A stretch of 19,613 nt of DNA from Tissierellia bacterium (lineage in GTDB: Bacteria > Bacillota > Clostridia > Tissierellales > Peptoniphilaceae): contig JAAYNG010000096.1 in assembly GCA_012520935.1 (NCBI GenBank), positions 1 to 19,613 of the forward strand, read 5' to 3'. Positions 7,602-14,815 of the stretch are shown here, piece by piece (position 1 is the stretch's first letter; every line of letters starts with the position of its first letter). The position numbers and the translations under genes were made by a program. The notes below the pieces were generated by a model, which did not search any database, was not told the DNA's origin, and saw only the letters and a program-made list of their open reading frames with translations.

Positions 7602-8855
7602 ATGAAAAAGTTTATCAATGGAAAAATTTACAAGAATGATGAAACTAGCGAAATTCTTGTAGAGAATGGAAAGATTGTCGAATTAGGAAAGAATCTAAAA
7701 GATGTTGATGAAATTATTGACTTGGGTGGAAAGTTGGTATGCCCGCCTTTTGTGGATTCCCACCTACACTTAGACTATGTTTATACTCTTTCAGAGATGG
7801 CAGAGACAGGTGCCAAGTCCGGTACCCTTTTTGAGGCTATTGAACTATGGCCTAAGTATAAGGAAAGTATGATGACTAGAGAAAGTGTAAAGCGTTTGGC
7901 TAAGAAGGGGATAATGGACGAGCTTAAACACGGAGTACAATATATAAAGACACATGTTGATGTAACAGATCCTAATTTCACTGGCTTAAAGGCTATGTTG
8001 GAGTTAAGGGAAGAATTAAAGGACAAGGTCTATATCCAAATTGTTTCCTTCCCGCAAAACGGTATGTATACTTACAAGGGCGGGGTAGACCTGGTGGAAG
8101 AAGGCTTAAAGATGGGGGCGGACTCTGTTGGCGGAATTCCTCACTATGAACCGGCTAGGGAGTTTGGGGAAAAGTCAATCCATGACATTGTGAAACTTGC
8201 TATGAAATATGATAAGCTAATTGATGTTCACTGCGACGAAACAGATGACCCTCAATCAAGATTTGTAGAGTTATTAAATGCCCTAGTCCTAATGGAAGAT
8301 TATGGAACAAGGACTACAGCTTCCCACACTTGCTCCTTTGGTTCAGACAATGACTCTTATGCATACAGGATGATAGACTTATTTAAGAAGTCAAAGATGA
8401 ACTTCACTTCACTACCGACAGAAAATGTATACCTTCAAGGAAGGCAGGACACATACCCTAAGCGAAGGGGTTTAACGAGGGTTAAGGAATTTATAGAAAA
8501 CGGAATAAATGTGGCATTTGGCCAGGATTCAATAAATGACCCATGGTATCCGGCAGGGAACGGAAACCACATGATAATTTTAGACCACGGAATACATTTA
8601 GCACAGATTATGTCAGCTGAAGACATGGAAAGAAACTTAGACCTAATCACATACAATGGGGCAAAGTGCTTAAATATTCAAGATGAATATGGTATAGAGG
8701 TTGGAAGGGCAGCAAACTTTATAGTCCTTGACGAGTATTCACCAGCTGAGGCTATAAGGAACAGGTCAGATGTTTTAATGTCGGTTAGAAATGGAGAATT
8801 CCTATTTAAGAGAAAGCCGGTTGAGTATGAAGTGGAATTGGATTTAGGTAGGTAA
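7602..8855 (+). CDS. codA: Cytosine deaminase
   Basis: Near-identical blocks to E. coli CodA: PPFVDSHLHLD, SGTLFEAIELW, THVDVTD, LKAMLE, IDVHCDETDDPQSRFVE, TYPKRRGLTRVKE. RBS GGGAGG lies 5 nt before ATG 7602. The tracked start at 7584 is an alternative. Confidence 0.9.
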   Translation: MKKFINGKIYKNDETSEILVENGKIVELGKNLKDVDEIIDLGGKLVCPPFVDSHLHLDYVYTLSEMAETGAKSGTLFEAIELWPKYKESMMTRESVKRLAKKGIMDELKHGVQYIKTHVDVTDPNFTGLKAMLELREELKDKVYIQIVSFPQNGMYTYKGGVDLVEEGLKMGADSVGGIPHYEPAREFGEKSIHDIVKLAMKYDKLIDVHCDETDDPQSRFVELLNALVLMEDYGTRTTASHTCSFGSDNDSYAYRMIDLFKKSKMNFTSLPTENVYLQGRQDTYPKRRGLTRVKEFIENGINVAFGQDSINDPWYPAGNGNHMIILDHGIHLAQIMSAEDMERNLDLITYNGAKCLNIQDEYGIEVGRAANFIVLDEYSPAEAIRNRSDVLMSVRNGEFLFKRKPVEYEVELDLGR

Positions 8856-8859
8856 TTGA

Positions 8860-10041
8860 ATGGCAGATAGTAGACAGAATAATGAAATTTTTGAGTGGAA
8901 ATACTTCCTACTACTCTCAACTGTGCCCTTCTTTGCAGTTCTCACGGAACTTGCACCCACAGGCGTCTTAAGTTCAATTGCCGGAGACCTTAATGTGGAC
9001 ATTGCTAAGGCAGGTAGTCTTGTGGGACACTACGCCTTGGCAGCGGCGATTTTCGGAATACCCCTTATAGCTGCCAGCGTTACTATGGATAGGAAAAAAC
9101 TTTTAATGATGATATTGTTCGCCCTAGGTATATTTAATTTAATAGTTGCTTTTTCCACAAATTTCACCTTGACCCATATAGCCAGGTTTTTGTCGGGCCT
9201 TAGTGCAGGTGTAATGTGGCCAATGATAGTTGCTTATGGTGTAAAGATGACTTCTAAAAATCATGGAGGAAGGGCTGTTGCAGTTATTATGGCAGGCTCA
9301 ACTATTGGTATGAGCCTTGGAATTCCATTATTTACACTTGTTGCAAAGTTATTTGGCTGGAGGGCAGAATTTTACCTAATGGGTGGGCTAATCCTATTAG
9401 ACATGTTATTAATAGGAAAAATTCTACCCAGTGTACCAGGAGAGGAAAGAACAGAGTCGAATTCACTCCCTATGATTATTAAAAACAAGGGGGTCTTGAC
9501 TGTAATGTTAATTACTACTTTAGTTATTATAGCCAATTATGGGGTGTATGTGTATATTGAAAGGATGGTAGATAGTTTTAAGCTTTCCGGAGGCATAAGT
9601 CTTGCCCAGTTGTGTTTTGGAGCCGGCTCACTGGTATCGGTTATATTGGTCACTAAATTAATAGACGGCCATTTATACGGATTGCTAGTAGGACTTTTTT
9701 CTCTGGGAGTCTTGTCCCTATTATCTTTTAGGATTTTTAGAGGGACAGCTCTTGTTGCCCACCTGAGTTTCGCAGCTTGGGGGATGTCCTATAGCTCCGT
9801 ATCAACACTTCTTCAGGCGGTAGTGTCAAAACAAGTATCCAAAGGAAGGGATATAGCCACTTCTTTACAATCGGCCATGTTTAATTTGTCTATTTTGATT
9901 GGAACACATTTCAGTGGTTTTATCCTAACAGAAACAGGCGGAGATATTAATCCGGTTATCCTTATGGGGATAGTATTTTTGACAGGGGGAACGATTGTTG
10001 CAATATTAAGTAGGAAGATAATAGAAAGGGACCCGGCATAG
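8860..10041 (+). CDS. MFS transporter (12 TM, DHA1-like)
   Basis: Twelve hydrophobic segments and an MFS-type TM1 motif (ELAPTGVLSSIAGDL). It starts 5 nt after the codA stop. Confidence 0.75.
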   Translation: MADSRQNNEIFEWKYFLLLSTVPFFAVLTELAPTGVLSSIAGDLNVDIAKAGSLVGHYALAAAIFGIPLIAASVTMDRKKLLMMILFALGIFNLIVAFSTNFTLTHIARFLSGLSAGVMWPMIVAYGVKMTSKNHGGRAVAVIMAGSTIGMSLGIPLFTLVAKLFGWRAEFYLMGGLILLDMLLIGKILPSVPGEERTESNSLPMIIKNKGVLTVMLITTLVIIANYGVYVYIERMVDSFKLSGGISLAQLCFGAGSLVSVILVTKLIDGHLYGLLVGLFSLGVLSLLSFRIFRGTALVAHLSFAAWGMSYSSVSTLLQAVVSKQVSKGRDIATSLQSAMFNLSILIGTHFSGFILTETGGDINPVILMGIVFLTGGTIVAILSRKIIERDPA

Positions 10042-10052
10042 GGTAATATAAA

Positions 10053-10092
10053 AAGCTTATCTCCAACAAAGTCCTATGTTAGAGATAAGCTT
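10053..10092. terminator. Bidirectional terminator between the convergent MFS gene and lipoprotein gene
   Basis: Perfect 11-bp inverted repeat AAGCTTATCTC ... GAGATAAGCTT flanked by A/T runs on both sides. Confidence 0.6.
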
Positions 10093-10171
10093 TAATTAAT
10101 ATCTATTTGCCATAATTTTCTTTCATATAAGCAGCCCATTCATCATAGGAATTCTTCTCATCCTTCATTTT

Positions 10172-10816
10172 TTAATATAGGTTTCTGACTTGAATATCGT
10201 ATATTTGTCCCAGCTCTAAGATATCTGCATCCTTATCTACAAGGCTTCCGTCAAAGGAAACTTCCACAATATTACTAGGCAGTCCTTCTGTGGTAATAGT
10301 TTTACCGTCAAGGGAGTGGTTTAGGTTTTCTATACTTAAGGACACTAACTTATCTTCTTGATTTTTAAAAATATATTGGAACTCTTCCGGAATAGACCTT
10401 ATTTCAACAATTAGCTCATCTTCCCTCGTTTCAACAATAACTCCTACAAAGTGAGCCACATCTTCAGTCGGTCCATCGTAGCTGATGGCAATGCTTCTGA
10501 AAATAAACCATCGACCGTCTATTTTAACATTTATTCTCGAAGGCTTTCCCTTCTTATACTCATAGCCCTTTCCAAAGTTGGATTCATTATCTTTTTTAGG
10601 ATCTTCAGACCCTTTCACTGTACTTTCTATTTTACCGTCGGGACTATCCCAAGTGATATTGCTGTTTACATATCCGGTATCCACATACAATTGTCCGTCT
10701 ACCATTACCATAGGGGGCAAGTCGGAAGGGACTTCGCCCTTGTCCTTAGCACAAGCTGTTATTATTAAGGTGCTGGCAAGTAACAAGGTAAGTAATAATA
10801 TTTTTTTATTTTTCAC
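10172..10816 (-). CDS. Hypothetical lipoprotein. The start is assigned to a GTG with an SD, not the upstream ATG.
   Basis: The minus strand reads GGAGAG, 6 nt, then GTG AAA AAT AAA AAA. That gives VKNKKILLLTLLLASTLIITAC, a signal peptide with an ITAC lipobox. The tracked ATG at 10846 would place the SD inside the coding sequence. Confidence 0.65.
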   Translation of the reverse strand: MKNKKILLLTLLLASTLIITACAKDKGEVPSDLPPMVMVDGQLYVDTGYVNSNITWDSPDGKIESTVKGSEDPKKDNESNFGKGYEYKKGKPSRINVKIDGRWFIFRSIAISYDGPTEDVAHFVGVIVETREDELIVEIRSIPEEFQYIFKNQEDKLVSLSIENLNHSLDGKTITTEGLPSNIVEVSFDGSLVDKDADILELGQIYDIQVRNLY

Positions 10817-10844
10817 AAGTATCTCTCCAATTAACATAAATAAC

Positions 10845-10869
10845 AAAAAAACCGCAGTTAGGCGGTTTT
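10845..10869 (-). terminator. rpsT rho-independent terminator. The stop codon sits in the hairpin loop.
   Basis: On the minus strand: AAAACCGC-CTAACT-GCGGTTTT followed by a T-run. The TAA stop lies in the loop. Confidence 0.7.
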
Positions 10870-11130
10870 CATTGCTTTATTCAGCTTTAATTGTAGTCTT
10901 CCGAGTTTTCTTGAAGCAGCATTCTTATGAATGACATTCTTATCCGCTGCCTTCTTAAGCTTTTTGTCAACTTTTTTAAGGGCTTCCTTAGCCTCGTCGA
11001 ACTTGCCTTCGTTAAGAAGAGCTTCAAAACGCTTAATATATGTTTTCATTTCAGACTTTCTCGCCTTATTCCTAAGAGTTTTCTTTTCAGTAACAAGAAT
11101 TCTTTTCTTTGCAGATTTTATATTCGCCAA
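10858..11130 (-). CDS. rpsT: 30S ribosomal protein S20
   Basis: MANIKSAKKRILVTEKKTLRNKARKS... is a canonical bS20 sequence. TTG start, with RBS GGGAGGTG 6 nt upstream. Confidence 0.9.
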   Translation of the reverse strand: MANIKSAKKRILVTEKKTLRNKARKSEMKTYIKRFEALLNEGKFDEAKEALKKVDKKLKKAADKNVIHKNAASRKLGRLQLKLNKAMKTA

Positions 11131-11161
11131 TCATTTCACCTCCCGTATAATCACAACGAAG

Positions 11162-11190
11162 ATTTTAACATAAAATTGAACAGATTGCAA
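11162..11190 (-). promoter_or_regulatory. rpsT promoter (minus strand: TTGCAA-17-TAAAAT)
   Basis: Reverse complement of 11185-11190 is TTGCAA. Reverse complement of 11162-11167 is TAAAAT. Spacer is 17 bp. Confidence 0.5.
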
Positions 11191-11226
11191 GTAGAATTTA
11201 TTTTTAGATAAAATATGTTTTTCCTC

Positions 11227-11255
11227 TTGACAAGTTAACTCTTTTAGACTATAAT
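11227..11255 (+). promoter_or_regulatory. Consensus sigma-A promoter TTGACA-17-TATAAT driving the T-box leader and ABC operon
   Basis: Perfect -35 (11227-11232) and -10 (11250-11255) hexamers with a 17-bp spacer. Confidence 0.7.
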
Positions 11256-11261
11256 GCTTTA

Positions 11262-11516
11262 AATCATACTAAAGAGTTGATAAAGGGTAGTAGTTAAGAT
11301 AGGTTCGTCCAAGAGAGCGGCGTTTGGTGGGATGTCGTATGAAGGTCTTAATGAATGGGCTTTTGATTGCAAACCGAAATAATAGTAGGCTTTGACGGAA
11401 TTCGAAACGTTATATTCGAGGCACATATGTGCAAAGTGGGCTATTTTATATAGTCAATTTAGGTGGCACCGCAGGTACTCCTGTCCTATTTTTTATATGG
11501 GATTGGGAGTTTTTTT
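11262..11516 (+). promoter_or_regulatory. T-box riboswitch leader, apparent specifier UGG (Trp)
   Basis: Conserved T-box sequence AATTTAGGTGGCACCGCAGG at 11456-11475, with a 7-nt UGGCACC bulge in a foldable antiterminator (11460-11488). A mutually exclusive terminator hairpin (11477-11510) is followed by T7. Stem I elements: AGAGAG bulge at 11312-11317, distal loop GGCGUUUGGUGGGA. The specifier loop has GUAGUAG opposite UGAAUGGG (GAA-UGG-G at 11353-11359). Confidence 0.7.
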
Positions 11517-11542
11517 ATTTCAAAATTTAGGGGGATGTTATT

Positions 11543-12508
11543 ATGAAGAAGTTATTTATTTTGTTTTTAGGACTTATTATTTTAATAGGTTGTGGGCAGG
11601 TAGATGAAGGAAGTGGAACTAGCAAGAAGAAGGTAGGTATTGTTCAGTTTGCTGAACACCCATCCTTGACAAACTGCACAAATGGATTTATTGAAGGCAT
11701 AAAGGAAGCCTATGGAGAGAATCTTGAAATAGATTTGAAGAACGCAACAGGTGAAGGGCAAAATGCAGCCCTAATTACAGACCAGTTTGTTTCAAAGAAA
11801 TATGACTTAGTGTGTGCAGTTGCCACCCCTGCAGCCATGTCAGCCTTTAATAGTTCTGACGGAATAGTCCCTGTGGTTTTCTCAGCAGTTTCTGACCCCG
11901 TTGCAGCAGGTTTGGTAGAAAGCCTTGAAAGTCCAGGTACAAACTGTACTGGGACAAGTGATACCTTGCCAATTGATACCCAACTTCAACTTATAAAGGA
12001 TTTAGTTCCAAATGCAAGCAAGATAGGTATACTATACACAACAAGTGAGGTAAACTCTCAAACTAACCTTAAGAGGATGGAAGAGTCCAGTCAAAAGTTT
12101 GGCTTTGAAATCATACCTATTGGTATTAATAACGCAGATGAAATTCCAATGGCAACCGATGCTCTTTTGAAAAAAGTTGATGTAATTACTATGCTCACAG
12201 ATAATAAGGTTGTGGATAACCTAAAACTTATTACAGACAAGGCTAGGGCTGCTGGTGTCCCTGTCTTTGGGTCTGAAGAGGAACAATTAAATTCCGGCTG
12301 TGTGGCAGCTATGAATATAAATTATTTTGACCTTGGAGTTGAAACCGGAAAGATAGGTGCGGAACTTTTGAAGGGAAAGGATGCAAAGGAGATTCCAGTT
12401 ATGGTTATCGACTCTGCCAACCCTGTATTAAATCCCGCCATTATCTCAGAGTATGGTCTTGAGATACCGGAAGCTTTAAAAGAAGCTAAAACCTACGGAG
12501 GGGAATAG
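11543..12508 (+). CDS. ABC transporter substrate-binding lipoprotein (ABC_sub_bind / COG2984 family)
   Basis: Signal peptide with LIGC lipobox. The VGIVQFAEHPSL...GFIEGIKE N-terminal block is typical of this family. Confidence 0.75.
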   Translation: MKKLFILFLGLIILIGCGQVDEGSGTSKKKVGIVQFAEHPSLTNCTNGFIEGIKEAYGENLEIDLKNATGEGQNAALITDQFVSKKYDLVCAVATPAAMSAFNSSDGIVPVVFSAVSDPVAAGLVESLESPGTNCTGTSDTLPIDTQLQLIKDLVPNASKIGILYTTSEVNSQTNLKRMEESSQKFGFEIIPIGINNADEIPMATDALLKKVDVITMLTDNKVVDNLKLITDKARAAGVPVFGSEEEQLNSGCVAAMNINYFDLGVETGKIGAELLKGKDAKEIPVMVIDSANPVLNPAIISEYGLEIPEALKEAKTYGGE

Positions 12509-12509
12509 G

Positions 12510-13409
12510 ATGGATGTTGTTTTTTCTTTACTTCTAACAGTTCTGGAAGAGGCTTTTATATATTCCTTTTTAAGCTTGGGAATTTATATAAGCTATATAA
12601 TACTCAACTTTCCAGACCTGTCTGTAGATGGGACATTTCCTTTGGGAGGGGCAGTAACTGCCATCTTGTTGCTGGCAGGTTGGAACCCTTTGCTTGTATT
12701 GGTCTTGGCCTTTATTGCTGGTAGTCTGTGTGGAATTTTAACAGGAATCTTCCATACTAAATTTAAAATCAAGGACCTACTTTCCGGCATTATTACCATG
12801 ACAGGCTTGTATTCTGTGAATTTACTCATAGCAGGCTCTGCCAATGTTTCTATAATGAATACTAAGACTGTTTTCAACTCAGGTTTAGGAAGTCTACTTC
12901 CCGAAAGTCTAAAGGAATATAATATAGTTATAATAGCTTTTTTATTGTTGATTATTGTAAAGCTTATACTAGACCTATTTTTAAAGACAGAGGCAGGACT
13001 TATCCTAAGGGCTAGTGGAGACAACAAGAGGGTGGTTACATCCTTAGGCAAAAACCCTGGCAGTGTAATTATTTTTGGTCTAGCTTTGACAAATGGACTT
13101 GCAGCCCTTTCAGGTGCTATCCTAGTCCAAGCCCATGGCTATTTTAATGTAAATAGTGGTATAGGGATGATGGTGGCAGGACTCACCTGTATGATTATAG
13201 GCAACTCACTCTTTAAGGGGCTTTCTTTTATAAAGATAAGTACAATGGCGATATTGGGGACAATAATTTATAAGGCCTTGATATCTTTAGCCTTTAACTT
13301 AGGTGCTCCACCAAACACTTTAAAATTAATAAATGCAATTATATTTTTAGTAGTCTTAGTCGCAAGAGAGAAGTCAGCAAGGCAGACTTATATCAGGGGT
13401 GAACTATGA
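12510..13409 (+). CDS. ABC transporter permease (BPD_transp_2 / COG4120-like)
   Basis: Polytopic membrane protein immediately downstream of the binding-protein gene, with an 8-10 TM pattern. Confidence 0.7.
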   Translation: MDVVFSLLLTVLEEAFIYSFLSLGIYISYIILNFPDLSVDGTFPLGGAVTAILLLAGWNPLLVLVLAFIAGSLCGILTGIFHTKFKIKDLLSGIITMTGLYSVNLLIAGSANVSIMNTKTVFNSGLGSLLPESLKEYNIVIIAFLLLIIVKLILDLFLKTEAGLILRASGDNKRVVTSLGKNPGSVIIFGLALTNGLAALSGAILVQAHGYFNVNSGIGMMVAGLTCMIIGNSLFKGLSFIKISTMAILGTIIYKALISLAFNLGAPPNTLKLINAIIFLVVLVAREKSARQTYIRGEL

Positions 13410-14182
13410 TAGAATTAAGAAATATTTATAAGGCTTTTAATAAGGGGACAGTAGATGAGATTAATATATTTGAAGATTTTAACTTCAAATTAGATGAAGG
13501 GGACTTTGTAAGTGTCATTGGGTCCAACGGGTCTGGCAAGTCTACCTTATTAAATCTAATTTCCGGGAGTGTATATCCAGATAGTGGTCAGGTTTTAAAA
13601 AATGGAGAGGATATAAGTTTACTGGAAGAATATAAGAGGTCAGCTTCTATTATGAGGATTTTTCAAGACCCTTCTCTTTCGGGGAGTCCAAAACTTACAA
13701 TATTAGAAAATCTTGCCCTATATGATTCTAAGGCTAGGAATTTTTCTTTAAGACCAGCCATTAAAAAGAATAGGTTGGATGAATATAAGGAGATGCTTTC
13801 TCGTTTGGGAATGGGACTAGAAGACAGGTTACATGACAAGCTTGCAAGTCTTTCAGGAGGTCAGAGGCAGGCTCTAATGCTTGTCCTAGCTAAGTTATCA
13901 GGGGATGGGGTTTTACTTTTAGATGAACATACAGCAGCCCTTGACCCTAAGGCTGCAGAAACTGTGATGGGATTGACAAATCAGTTGATAAAAGAACTAA
14001 AGCTTTCTGTGGTTATGGTTACCCATAATTTAAAACATGCCTTATCTTATGGTAACCGCCTAGTGATGCTCCATAAAGGGAAATATATTTATAATACAGA
14101 AAACCATGTTGGTAAATTAAAAATGGATGAGGTGTTAAATAAGTTTTACGAAACAAGTATAGAAGTTGGAAATAGCGTTTGA
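13406..14182 (+). CDS. ABC transporter ATP-binding protein (COG1101-like)
   Basis: Walker A GSNGSGKST, signature LSGGQRQ, Walker B LLLDEHTAALD. 4-nt overlap with the permease gene. Confidence 0.85.
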   Translation: MIELRNIYKAFNKGTVDEINIFEDFNFKLDEGDFVSVIGSNGSGKSTLLNLISGSVYPDSGQVLKNGEDISLLEEYKRSASIMRIFQDPSLSGSPKLTILENLALYDSKARNFSLRPAIKKNRLDEYKEMLSRLGMGLEDRLHDKLASLSGGQRQALMLVLAKLSGDGVLLLDEHTAALDPKAAETVMGLTNQLIKELKLSVVMVTHNLKHALSYGNRLVMLHKGKYIYNTENHVGKLKMDEVLNKFYETSIEVGNSV

Positions 14183-14200
14183 ATTTTCAAACGCTATTTT
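14171..14200. terminator. Bidirectional terminator (near-perfect 13-bp palindrome) between the ABC operon and the convergent DUF1858 gene
   Basis: AATAGCGTTTGAA-TT-TTCAAACGCTATT, followed by TTTT on the + strand and preceded by A-rich sequence. Confidence 0.65.
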
Positions 14201-14208
14201 GAAAAAGT

Positions 14209-14415
14209 CTATTTTTCAGAGCTTACTTTGTCTTTAAGTTCCTTGACTAACTTTTCGTAGTCTATCCCATGCTTAGATGTAAAGTCTCCTAACTTATCAA
14301 AAAGATTATTACACATTACACATTTACCAACGACCTCGTCATAGGGTTTAAAAACTATTTCTGTTTCTGGATGTTCAGATACGATATCCAGTATAACACT
14401 CTCCTTATTAAACAT
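14209..14415 (-). CDS. DUF1858-type small redox-disulfide protein (hybrid-cluster-protein-associated family)
   Basis: 68 aa with a CxxC pair (CVMC) and an I.DI....P....VF N-terminus typical of DUF1858. RBS AAGGAGG on the minus strand. Confidence 0.55.
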   Translation of the reverse strand: MFNKESVILDIVSEHPETEIVFKPYDEVVGKCVMCNNLFDKLGDFTSKHGIDYEKLVKELKDKVSSEK

Positions 14416-14437
14416 TTTTTCCTCCTTATAAAGGTGG

Positions 14438-14459
14438 CGACCATGTTAATTGATGGTCG
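14438..14459. promoter_or_regulatory. Inverted repeat CGACCAT-N8-ATGGTCG between the promoter region and the RBS of the DUF1858 gene (candidate operator)
   Basis: 7-bp perfect inverted repeat seen directly, located 15-35 bp upstream of the minus-strand start codon. Confidence 0.3.
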
Positions 14460-14815
14460 GCTAAATATCATTTGAGTAACATCAACAATACTATCTTTTC
14501 TTTCCAAATAACAGGGAAAGGACAAATAAAACTATAAAGATAAAAAACAAATTAGCTATGGAAGTTGCAGCTCCTGCTATGCCACCAAAGCCAAAAATTG
14601 CAGCTATTATTGCTATTATTATAAATATTATTGAATACCTTAACCTATACTTACCTCCTCAATTTGTATTTACTAGATTAGTCTTATGATACCCGAATAA
14701 TTAAAGTTAAACGAAAAAATATTTAAAGGATAAAATAAATATTTAATAAATTTATCAATTTATGATTAATTTGACTGTGCAATAGTGTATAATAGTAAAA
14801 AAAGGAGGGATAATA

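Noticed and set aside
7056-8920. Minus-strand ORFs 7056-7295, 7340-7618, 7781-8026, 8435-8656, 8678-8920
   Set aside because: All antisense to well-supported genes (holA end, ZnR protein, codA, MFS start). None has an SD.
10103-10168. 21-codon minus-strand micro-ORF (MKDEKNSYDEWAAYMKENYGK) downstream of the lipoprotein gene
   Set aside because: Too short, no clear SD, and it lies in the terminator-proximal intergenic region. Insufficient evidence.
10817-10846. ATG 10846 as start of the minus-strand lipoprotein
   Set aside because: The only SD (GGAGAG) would lie inside the MLFMLIGEIL codons. GTG at 10816 with correct SD spacing gives a clean signal peptide.
10451-11211. Plus-strand ORFs 10451-10768, 10578-10934, 10927-11211, 10931-11173
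   Set aside because: Antisense to the lipoprotein gene and rpsT. rpsT identity is unambiguous, so these are shadows.
11392-11607. 71-aa plus-strand ORF
   Set aside because: Lies inside the T-box leader RNA and overlaps the binding-protein gene start out of frame. The region is better explained as a structured riboswitch.
12593-13051. 152-aa minus-strand ORF
   Set aside because: Antisense to the ABC permease gene.
14771-14793. TTGACT ... TATAAT as the promoter of the SPFH operon
   Set aside because: The spacer between these hexamers is only 11 bp. A -10 TATAAT at 14788-14793 is credible, but the -35 assignment is not, so no promoter feature was called.
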